Origin: a virus
Lineage: Duplodnaviria; Heunggongvirae; Uroviricota; Caudoviricetes
Length of the DNA: 34,806 nt
Direction: 5' to 3' (one strand)
IMG/VR virus record: IMGVR_UViG_2695420763_000013
In this document: piece after piece, positions 18,187-27,173 of the stretch
Position numbering within the stretch: position 1 is the first letter of the stretch
Layout: each line of letters begins with the position of its first letter
Notes under the pieces: model-generated
Databases searched by the model: none
What the model was told of the DNA's origin: nothing
What the model saw: the letters and a program-made list of their open reading frames with translations, nothing else
Made by a program: the position numbers and the translations under genes

Positions 18187-18467
18187 TACGGTTTCCCCCT
18201 GCCCTTAAAGCGGCGCTGAATGGCAATCTCAATCACCTGATAACCGGCGATACCCAGCATGGAGCCGATGCCGCACACCGCAGGCAGTGACAGGTCAGGA
18301 AACTGCACCAGAACAACACCGGCAACCATCGAGACAAAACCACCGAGCAACATGCGCCCGATAAACAGACGCGGAGTGATGGGTTCACCACCGGCAAGCA
18401 CCTTGCCGACAACAATCAGCACCCCAATCATGAAAAGCGACAGGACGCTTTTTTCTTCTGCTGTCAT
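18186..18467 (-). CDS. Y: Holin Y
   Basis: 93 aa, the P2 gpY length; hydrophobic segments with a charged C-terminus (RRFKGRGKP). Confidence 0.75.
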   Translation of the reverse strand: MTAEEKSVLSLFMIGVLIVVGKVLAGGEPITPRLFIGRMLLGGFVSMVAGVVLVQFPDLSLPAVCGIGSMLGIAGYQVIEIAIQRRFKGRGKP

Positions 18468-18470
18468 GCG

Positions 18471-18674
18471 TTACTCCCACAGATTGACAGTTTCAGCCAC
18501 GGGCGCGGTCTGAACGTCGGGCAGTTCGACGGCGGTGCCGTGTGGCAGCACCGCCCCCAGTTCAGCCAGTCCCGGATTTGCGGCGAGCACGGCCTCGACC
18601 ACGCCCTCAGTGCGCCCGTAATACCGGACACAAATGGCGTCGAGCGTGTCGCCCTGTAGCGCAAAGGTCTTCAT
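18471..18674 (-). CDS. X: Tail protein X
   Basis: 67-aa product from the internal ATG at 18672..18674 (MKTFALQGDTLDAICVRYYG), the P2 gpX length; TGATG start/stop overlap with L. Confidence 0.75.
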   Translation of the reverse strand: MKTFALQGDTLDAICVRYYGRTEGVVEAVLAANPGLAELGAVLPHGTAVELPDVQTAPVAETVNLWE

Positions 18675-19183
18675 CAGATTTGACTCACGATGCAGCGCGG
18701 CTTGTCCTGGATACGCGCCACCGCCCAGCGCATATCCCGCCACAGCTCATCAATGGTGCTGTCAATGCTGTCGGCCTTCTTGTCGCCCTTGGCACTGGCA
18801 TCCACGCCGCGATAACGCTCATAAAGCGACGCGGTCGCCATCGCACACACAGCGCGCTCGTAGTAAAAAACTTTGATGCTTTCACCGTCGATGTCGTCCG
18901 CCGGGACGTCAGCCAGACGCGAAAAACCGGCAGCAATTTTCTGTTCGCGGTACTCGTACAGCTCCGCATTCGTCTCCGCCATGCCTGACTTGATGGCCTC
19001 ACGCAGACGGGCGGGGGCGACGGTCTGCTCAAGGCGCATACGTTCCCGGACGCGCTTCGGGTCAATATCGGGAAAAAAGAACGTGTTTTTAATCACCGGC
19101 TCGTCGCCTGCCGGTTGCGGGATGACCACCGTACCCTCACCGGACACGGGAGTCTCCTTTCGCGGAATAATCAGCGTCATCAT
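18674..19183 (-). CDS. L: Head completion/stabilisation protein L
   Basis: 169-aa product from the ATG at 19181..19183 (MMTLIIPRKE), the P2 gpL length. Confidence 0.8.
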   Translation of the reverse strand: MMTLIIPRKETPVSGEGTVVIPQPAGDEPVIKNTFFFPDIDPKRVRERMRLEQTVAPARLREAIKSGMAETNAELYEYREQKIAAGFSRLADVPADDIDGESIKVFYYERAVCAMATASLYERYRGVDASAKGDKKADSIDSTIDELWRDMRWAVARIQDKPRCIVSQI

Positions 19184-19282
19184 GACTACCTCTGAAAAGT
19201 CGGGCGGTGGACGCCGGTACAGTGTCAGGTGATTCACCCACACTGACCGGCGTGCCGCCCTGGCGCGGGGCGCATTCGGTTG

Positions 19283-20026
19283 TTAACTGGCTTTCTTTTT
19301 CGGGCGTCCACGTTTTGCCGGTGTCACGCTCCGGGTCTTACGCGGGGTACGGGTGGCCGCTTTGGGCTGCGGCTCCGGCTTCGGTTTCAGCTCCCGCTCC
19401 AGTCGTTCAATCTCTTTTTTGACGCCTGCCTGACAGTCGAGCTGTGTCGCACGTTGCAGGTGAGCCAGCGCGCCGGCGGCATCACCAGCGTCACGCAGAA
19501 ACAGACCGGTGATTTTGTGCAGCTTTGCGCGCACTTCATCAGGCATGTCTGCCGTGGCGGTCAGTGCAAGGGTGTCCGTCAGCAGGCGGGGATCCACAGA
19601 CTCACCGGCAGCGTGAGCGCGCATGGCCGCAAGCGCCACCTCCTCGGTGAACATGTACGGCGGGGTGCGGCGGTGTTTACCCGGCATGGTCAGACCGTAC
19701 TTCAGGGCATAACGGGCAATCTCCAGCGCACCGGCAATATCGCCGGTATCCAGACGCCACAGCATGACCGTCATCAGAATGTCATCCTGTGCACCTTTGC
19801 CCTGCTCCAGCACGCCGTTCACCCACGGCAACCAGAACGGCAGCAGTTCGCGTTTTTTCGCGGCCTTCAGCTCTTTTGAATAAATCGCTTTCAGTGTGCG
19901 CTGGTCTGCGGCGAGCTTAACCAGCATCTGCTCATAGACAGTTGCATGTCGCAGCGGGGCGGCTTCCCGCTGCGCGGTCATCGCTGCCGAGACCCGCATC
20001 ATGTGGCGCTGTGCGGGACTCGTCAT
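19283..20026 (-). CDS. M: Terminase small (endonuclease) subunit M
   Basis: 247 aa, the P2 gpM length; basic C-terminal tail. Confidence 0.85.
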   Translation of the reverse strand: MTSPAQRHMMRVSAAMTAQREAAPLRHATVYEQMLVKLAADQRTLKAIYSKELKAAKKRELLPFWLPWVNGVLEQGKGAQDDILMTVMLWRLDTGDIAGALEIARYALKYGLTMPGKHRRTPPYMFTEEVALAAMRAHAAGESVDPRLLTDTLALTATADMPDEVRAKLHKITGLFLRDAGDAAGALAHLQRATQLDCQAGVKKEIERLERELKPKPEPQPKAATRTPRKTRSVTPAKRGRPKKKAS

Positions 20027-20029
20027 CGG

Positions 20030-21103
20030 TTACGCTCCCGGCTCTGCGGTCGCTTTAGCCAGTGTGGAGAAATCACCGACCTTAATTTTTTCCACCAGAC
20101 AACCGGCGGCGTAGTCTTCCACCACGTAATCAATGTTCATTGACTCGTAGTTCTCCACGCGGTCGAGTTTCGGGTTTTCCTCAATCACGCGGCGATGGCT
20201 GTCATCCATGTAGTAGATGGACAGGTTTTCCAGCTTTGTGATGAGCATCGCATCCGCCGGGAAGTACGGGACGCGTACCGCCGGCAGGTTACCGATGCGT
20301 TTCTGGCTGATGATGACGTCAGCGGCCAGCATTTCGCTGTTGTCCTGCTCCTTGTTGACGATGGGAAAATACTTGTCCGCCAGTAGCTGACGTCCCACAA
20401 TCACCACAAGGTCAGGGTCTTCCTGATACCACGGCTCAATCAGGTTGTTGGTCGCATCCATCACCAGTGCGTCAAGGCTGGCATAATCACCGCCCTTACC
20501 CACGCGGATAACCTCAGAGGTGGTGTGCCCTTCCTCGTCAGTGACCTTGCTCATCACGCGCGCCGGTGCTTCATTGCGGTATTTCTGCAGCCAGCCGACC
20601 GCCACATCCTGTAGCATCGGATTACTGCTGCGGTCAGAGGTTTCGGCACGCCTCACGCCGTTAAAACCGGCCATGATTAAATCAAGGGACTGGCGTTTGA
20701 TAATGGCGTTACGGACACGGAGCTGGAAATCCTGATAACGCGCCCACAGGTCAAGCGTTTTGTAGCGGATATAAAAATCGAAGTTAATCTGGTCGCATTC
20801 GTACTTGTTTGACGCCAGCTTCGAGAAGTCCTTCGGCTGACGCTCGGTGCCACCGGCGGTGTCGGTGGTGCTGGCGATGGAGCCGGTGACACCGATACCA
20901 ATTTTTTCCCCTTTCATTTCGCTGACCGGCACAATATTGATGCGGGTCAGAAAGTCAGAGGACTCCTGCATGGTGTTCATCAGGGTCTGGGTGACCGACG
21001 GTTCAACGGTGAATTTTTTCGACACATCACCGGCGTCGATGCCGTTCAGTTCGGCAACACGGGACAGGTAGGCATTAAATTTTAAGCGGGTTTCCTGGCG
21101 CAT
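20030..21103 (-). CDS. N: Major capsid protein N
   Basis: 357 aa, the P2 gpN length. Confidence 0.9.
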   Translation of the reverse strand: MRQETRLKFNAYLSRVAELNGIDAGDVSKKFTVEPSVTQTLMNTMQESSDFLTRINIVPVSEMKGEKIGIGVTGSIASTTDTAGGTERQPKDFSKLASNKYECDQINFDFYIRYKTLDLWARYQDFQLRVRNAIIKRQSLDLIMAGFNGVRRAETSDRSSNPMLQDVAVGWLQKYRNEAPARVMSKVTDEEGHTTSEVIRVGKGGDYASLDALVMDATNNLIEPWYQEDPDLVVIVGRQLLADKYFPIVNKEQDNSEMLAADVIISQKRIGNLPAVRVPYFPADAMLITKLENLSIYYMDDSHRRVIEENPKLDRVENYESMNIDYVVEDYAAGCLVEKIKVGDFSTLAKATAEPGA

Positions 21104-21161
21104 AGTTTTTCCTGAAATTAAGGGTTAATCGTGAAGGTTTTCCCGGACTGACTGACGCCGG

Positions 21162-22016
21162 TCAGCAGTTCGTCATCAGGGCGTCACCGCCACCGCCGGT
21201 GGCTTTGCTGCGGCGCTGCTGGGTCAGACTTTCGGTGTGGTCGAGACTGTTTTTCAGGCGGGTGAATGCCTGACTGGTTTCATCCGCCCTGTCAGTCACA
21301 TCCTGCTTAAGTGCGGAAAAGGCGGTTTCCATCTCAGCAAGGCGCTGCTCAGTGGCGCTCAGTTTTTCCTGCACATGCTCAGCGACAGCGGTCACCGCTT
21401 CATGCACGTCATTCAGACGGGCGTCATCGCTGGCCTGTTTGCGGCCAAAAATGGATTTCACCTTTTCGGTCAGGGCGGTGAACACGGTTTCAGGCAGGTC
21501 TTCAAATTCCAGCTCAACAGGCGTTGCCACTGAAATCAGGTTTTCAGGGCTTAATTTGAAGCGGTTCAGGGGGTTGTGTTTTGCCGTGCGGCAGAATTCC
21601 AGGTATTCCGTGCCGAGGCTTGCCGGGTCATCGGTGACGGCCAGACCCACCAGATAACATTTGCCGGTGTTGGCAAAGTTCGGCTGAATTTCCATTGAGG
21701 TGTAGACCTTCTGCGCGGCCTTGTTCATCGCGATAAGGTCATCGGTCGGGGTGATTTTCGCAAACAGCGCCCATTTGCCTTTCAGCGCCGAATCATCGTC
21801 AATCTTTTCGGCCTTCAGTTCGGCCACATCGCCATAACGTTTAAAAATGCCGTCAGGCAGGATGCCGCGCAGATGTTCCAGGTTAATGCGGCAACCATAG
21901 ACACGCGGGTCAAAGGTTTCGGCTATTTCCTGAATATCCTGCGCACTGATGACACGCCCGTCACAGGTGTCACCCTCAACGCCGATACGAAAGAATTTTG
22001 AGACTTTTTTTGCCAT
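21162..22016 (-). CDS. O: Capsid scaffolding protein O
   Basis: 284-aa product from the ATG at 22014..22016 (MAKKVSKFF), the P2 gpO length; divergent from P. Confidence 0.8.
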   Translation of the reverse strand: MAKKVSKFFRIGVEGDTCDGRVISAQDIQEIAETFDPRVYGCRINLEHLRGILPDGIFKRYGDVAELKAEKIDDDSALKGKWALFAKITPTDDLIAMNKAAQKVYTSMEIQPNFANTGKCYLVGLAVTDDPASLGTEYLEFCRTAKHNPLNRFKLSPENLISVATPVELEFEDLPETVFTALTEKVKSIFGRKQASDDARLNDVHEAVTAVAEHVQEKLSATEQRLAEMETAFSALKQDVTDRADETSQAFTRLKNSLDHTESLTQQRRSKATGGGGDALMTNC

Positions 22017-22189
22017 TGTCAGGAGTCCTGAATAGTGATTAGAGGAGTCACATGTCGGCATCAGTTTCCCGACGATGCGCATCCTCCGCCATCAGTCCCG
22101 GATGGCTTATCACTGACACAACAGCACCTTAGCGAATCGCAGGGCGCGACTCAGTAGCCTTGCCGTGTATTCATCACGGCGAGGTATTC

Positions 22190-23962
22190 ATGACCATCAC
22201 CACAGACACCACTCTTTTACACGACCCGCGTCGTCAGGCGGCGCTGCTGTACTGGCAGGGGTTTTCCGTGCCGCAGATTGCCGCCATGTTGCAGATGAAA
22301 CGCCCGACGGTGCAGAGCTGGAAACAGCGCGACGGCTGGGACAACGTTGCCCCCATCAGCCGTGTCGAAATGAGCCTGGAAGCGCGGCTGACCCAGCTCA
22401 TCATCAAACCGCAGAAAACCGGCGGTGACTTCAAGGAAATTGACCTGCTGGGACGCCAGATTGAACGACTGGCACGGGTAAATCGTTACAGCCAGACCGG
22501 CAACGAGGCAGACCTTAATCCGAACGTCGCTAACCGCAACAAAGGCGGGCGGCGCAAACCGAAAAAAAATTTTTTCAGCGACGAGGCCATCGAAAAGCTG
22601 GAGCAGATTTTCTTTGAGCAGTCTTTCGACTATCAGTTGCACTGGTATCGCGCCGGGCTTGAGCACCGCATCCGCGATATCCTGAAATCCCGCCAGATTG
22701 GCGCGACGTTTTATTTTTCCCGCGAGGCCCTGCTGCGCGCCCTGAAAACCGGTCATAACCAGATTTTTCTGTCGGCCAGTAAAACGCAGGCGTATGTGTT
22801 CCGCGAATACATCATCGCCTTTGCCCGTCTGGTTGACGTTGACCTGACCGGTGACCCGATTGTCCTGGGCAATAACGGCGCAAAACTGATTTTTCTCGGC
22901 ACCAACTCCAACACCGCACAGAGCCATAACGGTGACCTGTACGTCGACGAGATTTTCTGGATCCCGAATTTTCAGGTACTGCGTAAGGTGGCATCAGGTA
23001 TGGCCTCACAGAGTCACCTGCGCTCGACCTATTTCTCCACCCCGTCCACGCTGGCGCACGACGCCTACCCGTTCTGGTCGGGTGAACTGTTCAACCGGGG
23101 TCGCGCCAGCGCCGCCGAACGCGTGGAAATCGACGTCAGTCATAACGCCCTTGCCGGAGGTCTTCTCTGTGCGGACGGCCAGTGGCGGCAGATTGTCACC
23201 ATTGAGGACGCGCTGAAAGGCGGCTGCACGCTGTTCGACATTGAGCAGCTCAAACGTGAAAACAGCGCCGACGATTTTAAAAACCTGTTCATGTGTGAAT
23301 TTGTTGACGACAAGGCGTCGGTGTTCCCGTTCGAGGAGCTGCAACGCTGCATGGTCGACACGCTGGAAGAATGGGAAGACTATGCGCCGTTTGCCGCGAA
23401 TCCGTTCGGCTCCCGACCGGTATGGATTGGTTACGACCCGTCACACCGTGGCGACAGCGCTGGATGCGTGGTACTGGCACCGCCGGTGGTGGCCGGTGGC
23501 AAATTCAGAATACTTGAGCGTCACCAGTGGAAAGGCATGGACTTTGCCACTCAGGCTGAATCCATCCGCAAACTCACCGAAAAATACAACGTCGAATACA
23601 TCGGAATTGATGCCACCGGCCTCGGTGTCGGCGTGTTCCAGCTCGTGCGCTCGTTCTATCCCGCCGCGCGCGATATCCGCTACACGCCGGAAATGAAAAC
23701 CGCAATGGTGCTCAAGGCAAAAGACGTTATCCGCCGTGGCTGTCTGGAATATGACGTCAGCGCCACCGACATCACCAGCTCGTTTATGGCTATCCGCAAG
23801 ACCATGACCAGCAGCGGACGCAGCGCCACCTATGAGGCCAGCCGCAGCGAGGAAGCCAGCCACGCCGACCTCGCCTGGGCGACCATGCACGCCCTGTTAA
23901 ATGAGCCACTCACCGCCGGTATCAGCACCCCGCTGACATCCACCATTCTGGAGTTTTACTGA
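22190..23962 (+). CDS. P: Terminase large (ATPase) subunit P
   Basis: 590-aa product from the ATG at 22190 (MTITTDTTLL) preceded by GAGG, the P2 gpP length. Confidence 0.9.
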   Translation: MTITTDTTLLHDPRRQAALLYWQGFSVPQIAAMLQMKRPTVQSWKQRDGWDNVAPISRVEMSLEARLTQLIIKPQKTGGDFKEIDLLGRQIERLARVNRYSQTGNEADLNPNVANRNKGGRRKPKKNFFSDEAIEKLEQIFFEQSFDYQLHWYRAGLEHRIRDILKSRQIGATFYFSREALLRALKTGHNQIFLSASKTQAYVFREYIIAFARLVDVDLTGDPIVLGNNGAKLIFLGTNSNTAQSHNGDLYVDEIFWIPNFQVLRKVASGMASQSHLRSTYFSTPSTLAHDAYPFWSGELFNRGRASAAERVEIDVSHNALAGGLLCADGQWRQIVTIEDALKGGCTLFDIEQLKRENSADDFKNLFMCEFVDDKASVFPFEELQRCMVDTLEEWEDYAPFAANPFGSRPVWIGYDPSHRGDSAGCVVLAPPVVAGGKFRILERHQWKGMDFATQAESIRKLTEKYNVEYIGIDATGLGVGVFQLVRSFYPAARDIRYTPEMKTAMVLKAKDVIRRGCLEYDVSATDITSSFMAIRKTMTSSGRSATYEASRSEEASHADLAWATMHALLNEPLTAGISTPLTSTILEFY

Positions 23963-24996
23963 TGAGCAAGAAAAAAGGGAAAACACCGCAACCTGCGGCA
24001 AAAAAAATGACCGCCAGCGCCCCGAAAATGGAGGCATTCACCTTTGGTGAGCCGGTGCCGGTACTCGACCGCCGTGACATTCTGGATTACGTCGAATGCA
24101 TCAGTAACGGCAGATGGTATGAGCCACCAATCAGCTTTACCGGTCTGGCAAAAAGCCTGCGTGCTGCCGTGCATCACAGCTCACCGATTTACGTCAAACG
24201 CAATATTCTGGCCTCGACATTTATCCCGCACCCGTGGCTTTCCCAGCAGGATTTCAGCCGCTTTGTGCTGGATTTTCTGGTGTTCGGTAATGCGTTTCTG
24301 GAAAAGCGATACAGCACCACCGGTAAGGTCATCAGACTGGAAACCTCACCGGCAAAATATACCCGCCGTGGTGTGGCAGAGGATGTTTACTGGTGGGTGC
24401 CGTCCTTCAACGAGCCGACACCTTTCACGCCCGGCTCCGTGTTTCACCTGCTGGAGCCGGATATTAATCAGGAGCTGTACGGCCTGCCGGAATATCTCAG
24501 CGCCCTTAACTCTGCCTGGCTGAATGAGTCGGCCACGTTGTTCCGCCGCAAGTATTACGAAAACGGCGCACATGCCGGATACATCATGTACGTCACTGAT
24601 GCCGTGCAGGATCGCAACGATATCGAAATGCTCCGCGAAAACATGGTGAAGTCGAAAGGCCGCAACAACTTTAAAAATCTGTTTCTCTATGCCCCACAGG
24701 GGAAAGCCGACGGCATTAAAATTATCCCGCTCAGTGAAGTCGCAACGAAGGACGATTTTTTTAATATCAAAAAAGCCAGCGCCGCTGACCTGCTGGACGC
24801 GCACCGCATCCCCTTTCAGTTGATGGGAGGCAAGCCGGAGAACGTCGGGTCGCTGGGCGATATTGAGAAAGTGGCAAAGGTCTTTGTCCGCAATGAGCTT
24901 ATCCCGTTACAGGACAGGATTCGGGAAATAAACGGCTGGCTCGGTCAGGAGGTCATCCGCTTTAAAAACTACTCACTGGACACTGACAACGGCTGA
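23962..24996 (+). CDS. Q: Portal protein Q
   Basis: 344 aa, the P2 gpQ length; start overlaps the P stop. Confidence 0.9.
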   Translation: MSKKKGKTPQPAAKKMTASAPKMEAFTFGEPVPVLDRRDILDYVECISNGRWYEPPISFTGLAKSLRAAVHHSSPIYVKRNILASTFIPHPWLSQQDFSRFVLDFLVFGNAFLEKRYSTTGKVIRLETSPAKYTRRGVAEDVYWWVPSFNEPTPFTPGSVFHLLEPDINQELYGLPEYLSALNSAWLNESATLFRRKYYENGAHAGYIMYVTDAVQDRNDIEMLRENMVKSKGRNNFKNLFLYAPQGKADGIKIIPLSEVATKDDFFNIKKASAADLLDAHRIPFQLMGGKPENVGSLGDIEKVAKVFVRNELIPLQDRIREINGWLGQEVIRFKNYSLDTDNG

Positions 24997-25001
24997 ACAT
25001 C

Positions 25002-25024
25002 GCCGCCTGCGGGCGGCTTTTTTA
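25002..25024 (+). terminator. Rho-independent terminator after Q
   Basis: Hairpin GCCGCC-TGCG-GGCGGC followed by TTTTTT, starting 6 nt after the Q stop. Confidence 0.6.
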
Positions 25025-25164
25025 CACCCCGCCATCACGCCCTCACACGCTCATCACCGCACAAAAAATCCCGCAGACACACCAACGCCCAGCAGGCCAA
25101 GTAAACGCCTTCACGACGCTCTCAGACGCTGAAAAAATAAAATCAGCACCACCGCCAGCGCGCA

Positions 25165-25183
25165 GTGCTTTCCCCGCCTCGCC
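25165..25183. other. cos: cos site (19-nt cohesive-end sequence)
   Basis: GTGCTTTCCCCGCCTCGCC is the reverse complement of the remembered P2 cohesive end GGCGAGGCGGGGAAAGCAC; sits between Q and the cargo, as cos does in P2. Confidence 0.6.
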
Positions 25184-25340
25184 CGCCCGCTTCGTGGGGC
25201 GGTTTTAATGCAGGTGTAAATTCAGTCTAAATACATACCTGTCGGGTCATCAAGCTTGTGCGCTCACTCAATAAAACACATGCAAATAAATGCATATAGA
25301 CATGTGCTACCAACTTGCACTAGCCATGTACATCAGGTAA

Positions 25341-27173
25341 TTAACAACGTAATTCTGTACAATTAGCCCATTCTTCAGAAAAAACAGCATCTGAAGATTT
25401 TGGCCCTGGCCTTGCTTGATTAATTGAAATTCTTACAGGCAAATTAAATGCAGAACCAAATGCAACAGCATCACCTCTTGGTAAACCTGATATTTGTTTT
25501 AAGATTTGTTCATTACCGCTTTCCATTGCATATCTGAGAGCCTGTAAATCTCTTTCATTAGTCAAACGTAACGAAAACCAGTTTGAACACATTGCCAAAA
25601 CAGTAGGAGAAAGCTCTGAGGGTCGCTGAGTACTGACAATTAAAGAGCATTTGAATTTCCTACCTTCTTTAGCAAGTCGTTCATATGCTTTAATCTGTGA
25701 GTCAATTTCAGCATAAGGGTCACGCAGGTAATGATGCGCTTCTTCCAACAAAAGTACCGTAGGATACGAACGTTCCTGCCCACGTCTAAATAGTATCTCA
25801 GCAAACATCTCCAACAATGCACTAAGTAACATTGGAGCATGATCTTGTGCCAAATTTTTCATATTAACTATATGAACATTCCAATCATTTTCTTGTCCTT
25901 TTTCCTTACCAAAGAAGTAATCAACTTCATCACTCATAGCTTTATCCCAATGCGTTCCACCATCTGCTAGCTCACCCCCTCCATTTAAATTAACAATAGA
26001 TTTAAATCTTATATCCTCTGCAAGTTGTTGTATGATTTTTACCAATGGCAACACGTTACTAAAACCAAACGCGTCACGTTTACTTCCATTAGAACGGTCA
26101 GCAGCTACACATCCAAATTCAGCAACCAAAGTCGCTAAACTTTTAAACGGTGGCCATACATTCGTTCTTTTAAGACGTCTACGCCTTAATAAATCCAACC
26201 ACTCAGCCAATTTACTTTGATTTGTGTCACGACAATCATCATACAAAAGAAAAGTTTCACCATCATCTTTTTCCAAGTAAATATTACGGCTTTTAAAATG
26301 AGTCCGATTAATTGCACTTAATGCATTTCTTAATGCGGGCAATTGTGTTTTATCACTTGGTCTTAATAATTTAATTAACCCAGCAAAACCTAATGCCTGA
26401 TATGGTATCTTTTTATAACAATAATACTCTTCACTATATAGCTCACCCTTTTGCTGCTTTTTTTCCAAACTATCAACATTTGGGGATTCCCCTAGAATAG
26501 TGTGCTTTACATTTGGAATACCTGTAAAAGCTTGCGCGTATTCACCATTTATGTCAAAAATAACTATTCTTGAGTTAGGGTATTTTTCAGAAACCTTCCT
26601 CGTTAACAAAGCATTGAAATTTGATTTACCATATCCTGTACTACCAAGAACGGCTAAGTGTCGCGACAATAATTTATCAACACTTGCAAATATCTTAACG
26701 GTTTTAGTTCGAGAATCCACACCTAATTCAACCGCTTTTGGGAGTTCTTCTTTATCAATACTATAAATGATGTTCAAAAAATCTGAAGTCAAAGGAACAG
26801 CAGAAGAACCCAATGCAGGTAAGCGCCAATCTTCTGATATAAAAACATAACCATTTAACTCCCTTTTCACAAAGCCAATTGCATAGGCGATAATTTGTCT
26901 TAGAGGTATATCAGCTAAATCAGATGTGCCTACATTTGCCTTATGCGCTTTATCCGCTTCAACAAATGCCATATCTGTCACTCTTGCGACAACTAATATA
27001 TTACCTGCATCGAACCCAATAAGATCTCCTGGTTGCGTTACTGAGCTCACCCCCTTTCTATGCGATGCTAATCTGCCTTGCAACCCCTCATGCAGGTTTA
27101 TCCTAATTCTTTCCCCTTCTAATCCTACAACGTATCCAATAGCCGAGATTTCAGTAAGTTTAAAAAGGGACAT
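25341..27173 (-). CDS. HerA-like ATPase/helicase (defence cargo, gene 2 of 2)
   Basis: 610-aa product from the ATG at 27171..27173, preceded by AAAGGAG 6 nt upstream. Walker A GSTGYGKS (about residue 183), Walker B-like VLLLEEAHHY, and an IVSTQRPSEL motif typical of HerA/FtsK-type ATPases. AT-rich. The ORF-track start at 27224 is a TTG. Confidence 0.85.
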   Translation of the reverse strand: MSLFKLTEISAIGYVVGLEGERIRINLHEGLQGRLASHRKGVSSVTQPGDLIGFDAGNILVVARVTDMAFVEADKAHKANVGTSDLADIPLRQIIAYAIGFVKRELNGYVFISEDWRLPALGSSAVPLTSDFLNIIYSIDKEELPKAVELGVDSRTKTVKIFASVDKLLSRHLAVLGSTGYGKSNFNALLTRKVSEKYPNSRIVIFDINGEYAQAFTGIPNVKHTILGESPNVDSLEKKQQKGELYSEEYYCYKKIPYQALGFAGLIKLLRPSDKTQLPALRNALSAINRTHFKSRNIYLEKDDGETFLLYDDCRDTNQSKLAEWLDLLRRRRLKRTNVWPPFKSLATLVAEFGCVAADRSNGSKRDAFGFSNVLPLVKIIQQLAEDIRFKSIVNLNGGGELADGGTHWDKAMSDEVDYFFGKEKGQENDWNVHIVNMKNLAQDHAPMLLSALLEMFAEILFRRGQERSYPTVLLLEEAHHYLRDPYAEIDSQIKAYERLAKEGRKFKCSLIVSTQRPSELSPTVLAMCSNWFSLRLTNERDLQALRYAMESGNEQILKQISGLPRGDAVAFGSAFNLPVRISINQARPGPKSSDAVFSEEWANCTELRC

